The translations under genes and the position numbers were made by a program. A DNA stretch of 64,000 nucleotides from Felis catus (taxonomy: Eukaryota). Of the stretch, positions 41,685 to 54,469 are shown piece by piece; position 1 is the stretch's first letter; each line of letters starts with the position of its first letter. The notes below the pieces were generated by a model, which saw nothing but the letters and a program-made list of their open reading frames with translations, was not told where the DNA came from and did not search any database. The stretch is taken from positions 126,420,001 through 126,484,000 of the forward strand of contig NC_058368.1 of assembly GCF_018350175.1 (NCBI RefSeq), read 5' to 3'.

Positions 41685-41712
41685 GTGTGTGTGTGTGTGT
41701 GCGCGCGCGCGC
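41685..41712. repeat. (GT)8(GC)6 tract between the two RAB3C first exons
   Basis: Direct observation. Confidence 0.95.
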
Positions 41713-42130
41713 CTTGTCAATGCAATTGTGTGAGTGAACCCCTTTATGTGTGTGCTAATCATCTTTCTCCCCCGCGTTTGTTGAATGAGATTGTAAAACC
41801 ACCCTGGTCTGCCTATGTTAATATGTAAACTTTCCCGATTCGGGATAAGGTGTAGAGCGGAGAGTCCCAGAACGCAGCGCCGGTTTCGTTTGCATTGGGA
41901 ATTAGCACAAGGTAGTGGGTTTCCTCACCAGGAAATCACAGTCTAGCCACGGAAGGCTGTGAGTAGAAAAGAAAAATCCCCGCCGATACGAGCTGCAGTC
42001 ACTTTTGGCTGCACCTCGCTAGGAAATGGGCCGGGAAGCTGGAAGCCGTAACAACCAGGAGCGATTCCAAGGGAGGAGAAGGGAGGCTCCGCGGCCAAGT
42101 CCGTCTGGAGGAGCTAGCCTGTTTATTGCT

Positions 42131-42152
42131 TGCGTGCCGGGAGTTGTAGTTC
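42131..42152 (-). promoter_or_regulatory. ZNF143/THAP11-type ACTACA-SBS motif
   Basis: Minus strand reads GAACTACAACTCCCGGCACGCA, matching ACTACAnnTCCCAnnnnGC. Confidence 0.75.
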
Positions 42153-42189
42153 AGGGCTTGCCGGTGGGCCAGAAAAGCTCCGTGGAACA

Positions 42190-42211
42190 AGACTACAACT
42201 CCCAGGAGCGC
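42190..42211 (+). promoter_or_regulatory. ZNF143/THAP11-type ACTACA-SBS motif
   Basis: AGACTACAACTCCCAGGAGCGC matches ACTACAnnTCCCAG. Confidence 0.8.
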
Positions 42212-42252
42212 GCGGGACTCCCGGCCAGTACGCGTGTGCGGCGCCAAGGAGG

Positions 42253-42270
42253 GGACAGCTCCGGTGCTGA
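42253..42270. promoter_or_regulatory. Possible non-canonical RE1/NRSE (REST half-sites in convergent orientation)
   Basis: GGACAGCTCC (right half-site) directly followed by GGTGCTGA (reverse complement of left half-site TCAGCACC). Confidence 0.45.
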
Positions 42271-42397
42271 TGTTGGAGCCGGTTAGTGAACCCCAAGAGT
42301 GCAGAGTGTGGAGCGTGGAGCTCGCGGGCTGTGCAAGCTTGACCGAGCTCCCCGGCCAGCGCTGTCTTAACCAGAGAGGAAGGACATTTTGAGAACA

Positions 42398-42421
42398 ATG
42401 AGACACGAAGCTCCCATGCAG
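42398..42421 (+). CDS. RAB3C: RAB3C canonical first coding exon (coding part only), encodes MRHEAPMQ
   Basis: ATG AGA CAC GAA GCT CCC ATG CAG|GTGGGT translates to MRHEAPMQ, the known RAB3C N-terminus; phase-0 GT donor at 42422. Confidence 0.95.
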
Positions 42422-45194
42422 GTGGGTCTATACAGAAAGTGTGGCCTCAGGAGGAATTGACATAGATGCTTTCTCCCTTGCTCCAAGCATAAATTGTGCT
42501 CGACCTCTGGGAAGGTCTAGGCTCAGACTCGGTCCTGGGGACACTGTTGGGTTCCTCTACGCTCCACGGGGCTGTAATTGGCTTGTCGATGAGGGATACG
42601 GATATTCATTTCCTTCCCATGCTCTGAAAGGAAGGTGTGAGTGTCTGTCTAAAATGTAAACCCGAGCAAACAAAAGTCAGGGAAACATGCAGTCTCCTAT
42701 GGGCATTGATCTTCCCTTTTGGCTGGCCTGATTTGTGATCCCTGTGCAAGTGCACGGACTTGAGGTTTGGGGTTGCGGGGTCTCTCTTGGAGTCGGGATA
42801 GAGCGAATTCCACTTGGTTAAGAGCGCGTTAAAAAAGGCTAAGACAATGTTGGGGTCCCCCAAAGTCCCCTTTCTTCAATTAGAGTGCTAGTAGTATCAG
42901 GGGAAAACAGTAAAAACATTCCAGAGGCACGGGGCAGCCTTTAATCTCTGTCCGCAAAACTGGTTTACTCTTGGCATTTTCAAAAACCCCCTCTGAGCTT
43001 TCCTGAGTGGTGTGCCCATTTGTTGTACGTTCTCATTCCGCATTTCAGTCACATTCTAAGGTTTGCTTACTTCGACTTCTATGGAAAGATGCCTCTGCCT
43101 AAGCATCCTGCCTAGGCAAATTTTGTTTTTAAGTAAAAATGAGTGTGCTTTTTAGTTTCTATGTACAACCAGTTAATGCTAAACACCAGCCTGCGTTCAT
43201 TAACCTAGCAGAGTGATGCCGTTGCGTAATAGAGAGGCACTTTATGAATGGGGTTGAGAGGAGAATGGAACACACAATTTGGAACATGTTGTCTCTCTTG
43301 AGAACCCACTTCTCCTGCCAAATCTAACAACATAAATATTTGCTTTTAATTTTTGCCTAAACGTTTCCCAATTGTTTTCTTCACAAATTAAAGACTTTTA
43401 ACATATGCTTTGGTTTAATTTGATTTTATGGGTTATGTATATTAAGGTACACAGTGACCCGACTGTTAAATGAAAAAAAAAAATCTGTAGAATGTAACTG
43501 TTTGTTGAAGTATTATTTAATGGAAGCCTTCAAATTACCTTATGAGTTATTGAAAATTTGGTTTGTTCAAGAAAACAGTGGCCCCATTGTGTATCTTCTA
43601 ATACCTCTGTTTGTGGCTGAGCTTTTCATTATAGACCTGATGTGAAAAGAATCTGGACAGACAATAAAGGTACAAGCTGTTGTAATCAAGATATATTGGC
43701 TTATGATAATTTTCCATTACTGGAGGCACTGCCAGGAACCAAGTGGCTAAATTAATCATATTTGATTATAAGTAAACATTGACAGTAGACTTTAAAAGTA
43801 GATTGTTAGTATTTAAGTCAACCTCATATACACACTGAAGTCTGTCAAAATAAATTACTAAAAAAATAGCTATGTTGCATCTTGCTTTTAATTTTCTTTG
43901 AAGAGTGGCTTAGAATGTTCATAAGAGCCATTAAAATGTTATAGAACTGAATGAAATTAATGCGTTAGGAAGAATTTTAAATTATTTCATATCATTTCAT
44001 ACCTGTGTAATAGGTATAATATTTAATTCTATATTTTAATCAAAACTTTAATGAAAAATTAATATGAAAATAGGTAATAAAATTAGTTTACTAGTGGATA
44101 AAGTTATTTTTATATTTATATTGTATTTTATTCATTGGACAAGATTTTTGAAATTTAAAAATCAAATGTCCAAATTCTATCATAAATTATATGTGTATTT
44201 TAAGAAATCAAAGACTACTTTCTGAGGTATATTTAATTAAAACACATCCAGTGATTGCATTTAACAAGTAAATTGTTGTTATGATGACCCTCTATTACAG
44301 TCAGGTTTTCAAATATATATAATGATAGGAAGAACAAAAACTCTAAACATGCTTTATGTATTTTTTACAATGGCAAGTAATGTCTCAGGACCCATACTTC
44401 TGAAACATAATCACATTCCAGGTGGCTTTGATATATGAAAATGCAACAAGATAAATACTTCACATTTTTCTTATTTTCCATTTAAAGACTCAATGAACCA
44501 CATCATCATTTGAGATAGATGCCTCCAGATTTATTTTTTTTTTTGGAGAAAACTTAGGTTTCTGAAAATGAGTCACAAGCAAATCTCCATTTTACAGTTT
44601 AATCATCCTAAGATATTCTTTTCCCCATTTAAAAATATTTAGTTCATTTGTTGATGTGGAACAAAACAAGCTCTTTAATTGTTGACTTCTTAATTTCCTT
44701 ATAATTAATTCAAGGAAGCCTTTTACAAAATTATGTAATGTCTTTTAAAAAGCATTTGATGTACTTATATAAATAGCCTGGTGGTCTATTCAAGATAGTT
44801 ATCTTTGATATATGCATATTTTCTGAAGAATATTTCCCTCTGAGTTGGTGCAAAATGAGGGATAATAATTGTTTTTTATAGTGACTATTAAAATAATACA
44901 TAATGATAGTTTTTGATATCTATATTTCCTTTGTGACTAAATAACCAGGAATAGCATTTGGTAAGTGCTCCAGATGATGGGTTAGAATTTTAATGCAAGA
45001 GATGGTCATTTTGTTTCTTCTCATTCAGTGAGTCCATAAATCCTGAAGGCCAAATGAAATGGGGGATAGCAGTGCTCATGACTTGAGGGCAAAACTCTGA
45101 TGAACAGTTGTCATTTGATTCAAGAGCCAGAATGAACAAATTCCAAGTTATGTAGTACTTTGTGTCAAGCACGATTCCTTGCATTCAGATCTCA

Positions 45195-45225
45195 GTGTGT
45201 GTGTGTATGTGTGTGTGTGTGTGTG

Positions 45226-45272
<47 letters not shown>
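45195..45272. repeat. Compound (TG)n/(GA)n microsatellite
   Basis: Direct observation. Confidence 0.95.
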
Positions 45273-45276
<4 letters not shown>

Positions 45277-48200
45277 CAAAACAATCCTAGAGGTCGCCAT
45301 TACCCTAATTACAGGCAAGATACTGGAGCTTATTAAGATTCAATAACTTTTCCAACATGACAGAATCAAAATCTGCCAGATTTCTCTCTAGATAGCGCAT
45401 GTTCTTTCCTCTGTTATTGAATTCCTCAAGAACACACACAAGACACACAGAGGTGATGTAAAGAATGAGGGGTACTATTGATATGACATGATTCATTCAT
45501 TTGGTTTAGAAGAAAGAAAAATTGTCCTGTTTGTAAAATAAGGTTGTATGTACTAAACCAAATATTTGAGAAGGGCCAGTGTTTTAAAAAGTGGTTTGCT
45601 TTCTGTCTCCTGAATTTAAATTTCTTGTAGGTTTATTTATTCTCTTGCAGGACCAAAATGGAATCCATTGTCTCTGATTAATGCTTAGTCTTTAGTGGTG
45701 TTATCTGGAAGCTTGCTGGGTCATCTCATAAGTGTACAGTGTCTGAATATTTAGGAAACCAAAGAAAAGCATTTATCCAAAGAATGGAGCAGAGGCAAAA
45801 AAAAAAAAAAAAGAAAAAGAAAGTTATCTAAAAACGAGTAGGATTTAATAAAGAATATAGGTATACACTGAACATGAAGCTGAGGTAAAAACTATAATAG
45901 ATATTAAATACAGCCATGTTTTATACAAAAACAACTTACAAAGGATTAAAGTCTAAATATCACTGTTTCATTTGGCTATGGAAAATACAACATTCTTGCA
46001 TTCCATTATTGTTGATTCATGACCAAATATAGCCTTGTGATGATCCCTTTGTCTTTATCAGAAATGGAAATTTAGTCCTCACCCCTTATAGAAACAGAGA
46101 AAACTTCTAGTTGACATTGGAGAAACAAGGACTTCTTTCCTATTCTATTTGAACAAAATCTGGAAGTTTCCACCTTTCTTCTGTAAAGGAAGTGGAGGAT
46201 AGAATGGGGAATTACCTGTAGCAAACAACAACAACAACAGCAACAACAACAAAACAAAAACCAAGACAAAACAAAAACCAAAAAAAACTTCTGTGATGTA
46301 AGAATCATTTTTCCATTTCCACTTTTTCATTCTGAGAAGTTGTGGATTTATTACATGGTAGAACCACAGTTTTTCCTGCCATTCTACGCTTATATCGGAA
46401 CTGAAAATTCCTTTTCTGACCATCATATTCCAAGAAAGAAATACATTTTTATGCTAAGGAATGGGTTTTCCTGGGACTGTTCATACACTCAACCTAAGTA
46501 TAAACAATTGTGCCACCTCAAAAATGTTGTATAGGTAAAAGATTTTCCAACCATTTTCTCCTTTTTTTCATTCATTCATTGGTTTCAGAGGTTCTAGAGG
46601 AACCATCTTAGTAGGGCACTATGACCTGTGAAGATGAAATCTTTTAGTTTTATTTTGAATTATATAGACCTTAGCATTTTTCATTTGTTTATTTGCAGTT
46701 TCTGAGATATTTATATACATTGAAATGCACAAATCTTAAATGAACAATTTGATGAATTTTGATAAATGGATATATCTATGTAACACACACCACTATGAAG
46801 ATATAGAACATTTCCAATCAACCCCAAAAGTTCTTTCATTCGTGTTTTTTGTTGTTGTTATTGTTGTTGTTAATCCACTGGCAAAAAAAAAAACCTTTGA
46901 CTTTTTTTTTAAATCATAAATTAGTTTGCATTATTCTAGAACTTCATGTACTTCTGTGAAACATACAATATGAACATACAGTAGCACATACACTATCTAC
47001 CCTTGAGTCTGGCTTATTTTGCTTAGTATAATGTGTATGGGATTAATCTGTGTTGTTGCATGTATCAATAACCGTTCCATTTTTTTGATGCATATTATAC
47101 TTTTGTTATCAAACTACCAAACTTTTGAAATCCATTTTCCTGTTGGTGGATTTTGAGGTAATTTCTAATTTGGGACTATTATGATTAAGACTGTAAACAT
47201 TATCAAATTAGTCTTATCTAATAATATGCTTTCATTTCTTTTGGGTAAATAGCTAGAAGTAGAATTGGTAGGATAAAGGGTAAGTGTACATTTAGCTCTT
47301 TAAAAAAGTCAAATCTTTAGCCAAAATGGTAGTACCATGTTACCTTCTTATCAGCAGTATGTGAGCATTCCAGTAGCTTTACAATCCTCAACAACATATG
47401 GTGTCAATTGTCTTTAATTTTGGCCACTTTAATGAGTGTTTTGTGGTATCTCATTATGATTTGAATTTGCATTTTCCTGATGACCAGTGATTTGGGGACA
47501 TTTGCATCTGTTTACTGGTCATTTGTATATCTTCCTTTGATAAGTGTCTGTTTAGCCTTTTGGTCTTTATGGAGAGTTGTTTTATTATTTACTTGCAGGT
47601 CTTTATGTAAATTTGCCAGATATATGTAAATGTTTATATATATTTAATTTATTAATATATATTAAAATATATATTTAAAATATTTTCTGCCAGTCTGTAG
47701 CTTTAATACTTAATAGTGTTTTTTGATGAATATGCTTTTATTTTGATGAAATATAGGTTGTTAATTATAGGTGGGGTTTCTATATACGTATCTCGACTCT
47801 ACACTTCCTTTGATTTGTTTATCTTCACTATGTCCTGAGACCTTGCTGCATTTATTTATTTTTAGTAGGTTTTTCTTTTAGATTGCTTAAGAATTTCTAC
47901 ATAAACATAGCATCATTCGCAAATAAAGGCTGTTCTTCCTTTCCAGTGATCTCCTTTTTTTTTTTTTTTTCCTATCTCATTCCATAGTGTAGGCCATCCA
48001 ATACAATGTTGAGTAGAAATGATGAACAGACCTCCTCAATCCTGTTCTCATTCTTAGGGGGGAAGCCTTCCATCTTTCACCATTAAGTATGAGCTCAGCT
48101 ATAGTTGTTTTGTTGTTATTGCTGTTGTTGTTATTTGTATGATACCCTTATTATATTGAGAAAATTTCTTTTGATTCCTCATTTGTTGAGAGTATTTGTT

Positions 48201-48756
48201 TTTAACATTAAATGGGTGTTGAATTTTGTCAAAACATTTTTTTTGCATCTATTGTGGTGATCACTTGATATAGTGATAGGATATAGGCGATCCTATGTTT
48301 TGTTGGATTCTATTGATTGACTTTTTTAGTTAATCTGTCATTCCTTAGATAAACCCCTGTTAGCTACAATGCATTGTTTTTTCAATGTATTGCTAGATTC
48401 ATTTTGATAATATTTCTTTTGGGATTTTTGCGTTTAACTTAATGATGGATATTGGTGTATAATTTTCTTGTAATGCTTTTATGATGTTATAATGTTGGAA
48501 TTATGCAGGCCTTATAAAACAAGCTGAAAAGTGTTCTTTTCACCCGTGTTCTGAATGATTTTGATATCTAAGATTGGTCTACTTTGATTCATAAAGTGTT
48601 TGATTGAGTTCATAAATGAAGCTATTGGAACCTAGCTTTTTTTTTGCAGAAAAAAAAAATCTTTAAACAACTTCATCTATCAAAATATATACAAATATCT
48701 CTACCATTCAGCTCTTCTATCTATTTGTCATCTGTAATTTATCTCCCTTGCGTGTG

Positions 48757-49305
48757 TTGTGGTAGGAAGACTAGCTACCATCCCCCTCCCAAAGTTATCT
48801 ATGGCCTAATCCCTGGAACATATGAATAAATTATGTTACATAACAAAAGGGACTTTGCAGATGTAATGGATGTTATACACTTTAAAGTAGGGACATTAAT
48901 TTGGATTATCAGCTGGGTCCAGTCTAATCACATGAGTTGTTAAGAGCAGGGATCTTTCTCTGGCTGTAGTCAGAGAGATGTGGCACAGGGACAGTCAGAG
49001 ATTTGAAACATGAGGCTTGTTGCTTGAAGGTGAAGATGTTTATATGTCAAAAAAAAAAAAAAAAGGTCTCAGTCCTACAACCACAAGCGAGTTCTGCCAA
49101 CAACTTAAATGAGCTTGGAAGTTGGATTTTCCTGAGAGCCTCTAGGTAAGAACCCAGCTCTGCCAACGCGCCGATTTTGGCTTTGTAAGGCCTGAGCAGA
49201 GTGAGCAGAGGACCCAGCTGAGTCACACTGTGTCCAGACTTCTGACTTAAATAATGACTGGGTGTTGTTTTAAATATCCATTATAGCAGCAGTTGAAAAC
49301 TAATT
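48757..49305 (+). mobile_element. MLT1D/E-type MaLR LTR
   Basis: CCTAATCCCTGGAAC; AAAAGGGACTTTGCAGATGTAAT; CTCAGTCCTACAACCACAAG; TTATAGCAGCAGTTGAAAACTAAT. Confidence 0.8.
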
Positions 49306-50109
49306 ATGCATGTATAATTTGTGTTAGCTTTTCAACTATACATGTTTACATTTTTTTTGGTGTTTATTCTAAGGATTGTAATACGTGTCTGCAACTTGTT
49401 ATATAGTCTAGTTGGTATTGTATTACTTCACATAAAATATAGTTACTTTCCAATAATATAATTTCATTCACCTCATTCTTTGTGAAATCATGTCATATGT
49501 GTTACATCTGCATTTGTTACAAGCCCTCAATACAGTTCTATATTTTTAGCTTTAAACAATCGTATGCATTTTTGTTAATTGGAAGAATGCAAAAGAAACA
49601 TATGTATCTGTTTTTATGTTTAGATATCTACTTATTTGTCTTACCTGGCGCTTTTTCTGTAGATTTGAGTTTCTATCTGGTGTCATTTTCTTTCGGCCCA
49701 AACAACTTCCTTTAGCATTTCTTGTCATACAGATCTGCTGACAACAGATTCCCTCAGTTTTTGTTTATCTGCCAATGCTTTTTATTTTGCCTTCATTTTT
49801 GAATGATAGTTTTGTTGCATATAAAAGTTTTGATTTTTTTTTCTTTCAGTATTTTAGGTTATTTCATTGTCTGCTGACCTCCATCATGATGTGAAGTCAG
49901 CTGTTTTTCATAATACTGTATTATGGTATTTGTTTTCTGTTTTCTGTTCAACTTTGAAGAGTTTGCCTATGGTCTGCCTAGATGTAGTTTTCTTTATGTT
50001 TAACCAGCTTAGGGATTTAATGCGGTTCTAATGCATGTAAGTTGATGTTTTCACCAAATTTTAAAAGTATTTATGTATTGTATCTTCAAATATTTTTCCA
50101 TCCCATCGC

Positions 50110-50320
50110 AAATGTTTATTTATTTTTGAGAGAGAGGGAGAGAGAGCATGAGCAGGGAAGGGGCAGAGAGTGGGAGGCAGAGAATCCCAAGCAGGCTCCA
50201 TACTGTCAGCGCAGAGCTCAACACAAGGCTTAAACTTATGAACTGTGAGATCATGACCTGAGCCGAAGTCAAGAGTCAGACACTTAAGTAACTGAGCCAC
50301 CTAGGCACCCCCCCCCCCAT
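50110..50320 (-). mobile_element. SINEC
   Basis: Typical body ending GAGCCACCTAGGCACCCC. Confidence 0.9.
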
Positions 50321-51433
50321 ATTTCATCTGAGACTTCAACATCTATATTAGATTTTAGACAGTGTTCCCCAAATCACTGAAGCTCTGCTAATTTTTTTCT
50401 TTCTCTTAAATGTTACAGTTTCTGTTGATTTATCTTCACTAACTCCTTTGCTGCCTGTAACCTTTTGATAAGCTCCTTGAGGTACCCTTGGGGCACTCTT
50501 CATTTCAGTTACTTTTGGCTCAGTGTTGGCTTCTTTTATAATAGAAACATACTGTCAAGAAAAGATACATATAAGCTCTTGGGGTGACATGTTTGGATAT
50601 TGGAAGGTTTAATAGGGTTTATTTCTGGTATGGTCCAGAAACCAAAAAAAAAAAAAAAACAAAAAAACCCAAAAAACAAACAAACAAAAAAACCACTGTG
50701 AGCTGCTCATTGAAATGGTGAGATAGAAATGTAAATAAAAATATTAGTGATTTAATTATTCCTTGTAGATTACTGGCATGAAATATAAATGAAGGAAATT
50801 TATTTTGTGTATTTTGTATAATTTGTTCATGTAACCATAAATACGTTTACATTTTAATTTCTGTCATTTATATTTCTATTCATCATTGCATTTGTGATGC
50901 TGCACTTTTTTTCTTTGTGTCTTGAAAATAAAATTGTGGGCTTTATGACACTTTCAAAAATTTGAACAAAGTGCAGAATTGTAAAAATAAAATCATTTTA
51001 GCAAGTGCTTTATTTTGTCAATGAATATATTCCTTAATAGCTTCAACTGTGCAGAAGCAAAATGCCTTTTCAAACACCAGCACGTTTCAGATTGGTTTAC
51101 AGCATTATGTCAGTTTTTTTGGGGTTGTGAAATATTTCTATCCATTAAATGATGAAACCATAAGAGTGAAAGTTCTAGGTTTTCATTTGCTTACAGAATC
51201 GTAAAAAGATAGGGTCAGGGTTCCCTGAGCAGTTTCCTTGCTCTCCAATAAGCTGATTAGATTGGATCCCATATTAGGAATTTTGATCTAGCAAGCCTAA
51301 GAGTTTTATTTTGTGCCTACTTGACCTCCTGACTGAGGAAAACCTGGCAGCATTGTCACTTAGCTTCTACACCCTCAGCTTTTTATGTCCGGGAACCCAA
51401 ACCATTATGTGACTTTAAGAGGTGAGGCAGTGA

Positions 51434-51597
51434 GGGGCACCTGGGTGGCTCTGTTGGTTGAGCCTCTGACTCTTGATTTCAGCTCAGGTCATGATCTCAT
51501 GGTTTGTGAGTTTGAGCCCCGCATTAGGCTCTGTACTGACAGTGCTGAGCCTGCTTTGAATTCTCTGTGTCCCTTTCTTGCTGCGCCTCACTCGCTT

Positions 51598-51634
<37 letters not shown>

Positions 51635-51671
51635 TTCTGAAAACAAACAAACAAACATTAAAAATAAAAAA
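51434..51671 (+). mobile_element. SINEC
   Basis: GGGGCACCTGGGTGGCT head; degenerate TSD AAGAG(G/T)TGAGGCA(G/T)TGA. Confidence 0.9.
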
Positions 51672-52765
51672 GAGTTGAGGCATTGAACCTCTCATTGTTA
51701 GTCTGCCTGCTCTTAGTCTAACTTTAGCCCATCAAGGGTGTTATTTGTTAGTCATACAGTGGCTAAGATGCATGTCTGAGTCTCATCAATTAGAAAAATT
51801 TGCAAGCCAACACTGATGAATAAGTTCTGTTCAAATGGCCATAGCTGCAGCAGCTTTATAGAGCTTCAAGAAAGAATACATGCACCAATTGGCAAAATAT
51901 GACCCTCGCGTGATACTCATCTATGATGTTAGCAATAAAAGATGGTTTTTCTTTTGAATGTTGTAATTCACTGAACACCTGTTTGAGTGGTAGGACTGAC
52001 GAAAAGGGACAACTGGAACACAGTACACCTGTGGATGTGAATGCTCTTTTATAACTGTGCATGGATGGGCCTGTCCTTTGTAGCAAATAATAGTAGCAGT
52101 AGCTTTTGAATGAAAAGCAGGGATGATTGTAACTAGCAAAGGGGCTTGGGAAGTCATTCTAGTCGGTGAACCTGCATGACATAGAAACACAAATACATAA
52201 AATAATAACCCACCCAGCTTCCCAAGAATGGTTCAGATATTTCCTTTGTGTCATAAGTGCATGTACAATGGGGTGTTTGCCCCTCTACATGACCTACCTT
52301 GATGAATGGCATAAGAGAAGAGAAATGTTAGGATTTGGAAGGAATCTGTAGCAAATCTCTGGAGGTATTTTTCAAGGTTTACCTATTTAAAATCATTTTT
52401 AATGTTTTTGAAATGTTTATTATTTTTAAAATGGTTGATGTTTTAAAAATGTTTGGTGATAAAAATTCCTTAGGAAATACATATATTAATATTAAGATTT
52501 AGGCTTTTTTTTTCACCAGTGGGAATGTTTAGAGTATTTTGCTAGATATTTTTAGAAGAGTCTTTTCACTATACCACAGAGTACTGAATATATTTATTCT
52601 GTTTACATTTTATTTTCTTCTCAGGAAGAAGTGCTCTTACAAGAGACATTCTTTACCTTGTGGTTTCAACTTGGACACTGGCCTCCTGTAGCTGTCAGGT
52701 GCTTTCTTATGGAGTTAGGGGAAGTAAAGTCCACTTGTGTGTTATTTTTGAAAATGACTGATAGA

Positions 52766-52990
52766 GGGGCGCCTGGGTGGCGCAGTCGGTTAAGCGTCCG
52801 ACTTCAGCCAGGTCACGATCTCGCGGTCCGTGAGTTCGAGCCCCGCGTCGGGCTCTGGGCTGATGGCTCAGAGCCTGGAGCCTGTTTCCGATTCTGTGTC
52901 TCCCTCTCTCTCTGCCCCTCCCCCGTTCATGCTCTGTCTCTCTCTGTCCCAAAAATAAATAAACGTTGAAAAAAAAATTAAAAAAAAAAT
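52766..52990 (+). mobile_element. Young SINEC_Fc-type insertion
   Basis: Intact CpG-rich body with B-box GTTCGAGCC; perfect TSD AAAATGACTGATAGA at 52751-52765 and 52991-53005. Confidence 0.95.
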
Positions 52991-53982
52991 AAAATGACTG
53001 ATAGAGAAAGTCAAGGCCACCTTCATCAGAGCTGGGCGGCACACAGCCTCATTTGCTCTGCAATTTGCTCTGCAAAATTGATTACTGCTTCTTATGATGC
53101 CATTCTTCCTCCTACTCTGACAGAGACTTCCCAGTGAGCATCACTGGCCTTAGAAGGTTCTGGCTATTACCAGGGCTAAGACAATGAACAGATTTCTCAG
53201 AAATCAGCTTACCTGGGCAGACTGGGCCTTCTAGAGTATAGGAATTTCTTTGCAGAGTCAACATTATGGGGATGAGATCTGTTGTCACTATTGGCAGAAG
53301 GGGTTACTAACTGGTGAAGACAGCAGCAGAGAGTGCTAGGATCCCATTTTCCACTTCCTCTGGATCTCAGCCTAAATGTCAAATTACTCAGTCCCCTCTT
53401 TTGTATATCCCTGAGGCCTTGACATTGGACACCTACCCTGATTTCCATGTGGAAATTTGTTAATCCAAAGAATGCCAAACTGTCTGGTCAAAATAATCAT
53501 ATGGGATACTTTAAAAATTATAGATGCCTGGGCTGATACTGAATATTTTGATTCTGCAGAATTCAGGTACAGTTCCCCGGTTTTGGAAATCTAGGATCTA
53601 GTATATCCTATGAGAATCTCGTTTTGTGTTCCTGAATGAAAATGTATCCAACTAGAGAGAGCAGTTATTTGAGAACAACATGTCTGCTATTTCTCGCTAC
53701 CAAGAAATGATGAGAAAGCTTTATGTGTATTTTATCCATATCTGTAAGAAAAGTTTTAAGTGGTTCTCTACATTTTATTGCTAAGAGAGAGTCCCTTTAA
53801 TTTGTATAAATTGACAGATTGCCATCTGCATATAGGAAATATGAATGTCAAGAATATTTGCTGATTTTAAAAATATTTAAAACTCAATTTTCTTTAAAAA
53901 AAAGTTGCATATGGGGAAGATGGTTTCTTGGCTATGTGGGGCTTGGATTTTCAACCATTTGTCTTGTTTGCGTGCCCCATTC

Positions 53983-54086
53983 TGGGTAACCAACCATCCC
54001 AGCTTTCTGGGTTTTAGCACTGAAAGCCCTGCAGTGTCCCATGAAACCTCTCAGTTTGGGGAAAACTAGGAGAGCTGGTCACTGTA
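53983..54086. mobile_element. MER81-like hAT MITE
   Basis: GGGTAACCAACCATCCC...GGTTTTAGCACTGAAAG...GCTGGTCAC. Confidence 0.7.
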
Positions 54087-54469
54087 GCCACACCCCATAA
54101 TCAGGACACTTGCCATCTCCATTCCCAAGACCATTTCAGATTCTGCACATTAAGGTTTTTTGTGCAGGCCTAGGAATCCCTCTTCTCTAGTCATTCACTT
54201 CCAAATCCCAAACTTTTGTTGCTCTTGCTTTTCTATTTCTCTTTTTCTATATGGAATTTTATTTTTATGAAAACCTTTAGTCATTGTTTTAGAAGGTTTT
54301 TGGGAAAAGATGGAGATAACCAGATTGTATGTAAGGTACTATATATATCTATACCTGTATTTATATCTATATGTATCTATATGTATATATATATATATAT
54401 ATGTTTATGTTTATATATGGAAACCTTTTAATGATTTCTGGCCTTGAAATAATGATATTGTGACTTAAA

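Larger units (their letters stand above)
41260..42620. promoter_or_regulatory. CpG-island-like promoter region of RAB3C
   Basis: Abrupt rise in GC and CpG content relative to the AT-rich, CpG-depleted flanks; no recognisable interspersed repeats; contains both first exons. Confidence 0.85.
46680..50520 (-). mobile_element. Old fragmented L1 (L1M-type), antisense in RAB3C intron 1
   Basis: T-rich strand with L1 motifs GTGGTATCTCATTATGATTTGAATTTGCATTTTCCTGATGAC and CTTTCACCATTAAGTATGA; interrupted by an MLT1 LTR and a SINE. Confidence 0.75.

Noticed and set aside
41248..42406. ORFs of 66-135 aa on both strands in the CpG-rich region
   Set aside because: Stop codons are scarce in GC-rich DNA; there is no recognisable protein and the ORFs overlap the promoter.
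45601..45660. Tandem strong-looking 3' splice sites in intron 1 (also one at 55541-55551)
   Set aside because: No convincing partner donor or reading frame; such decoys are common in T-rich introns.
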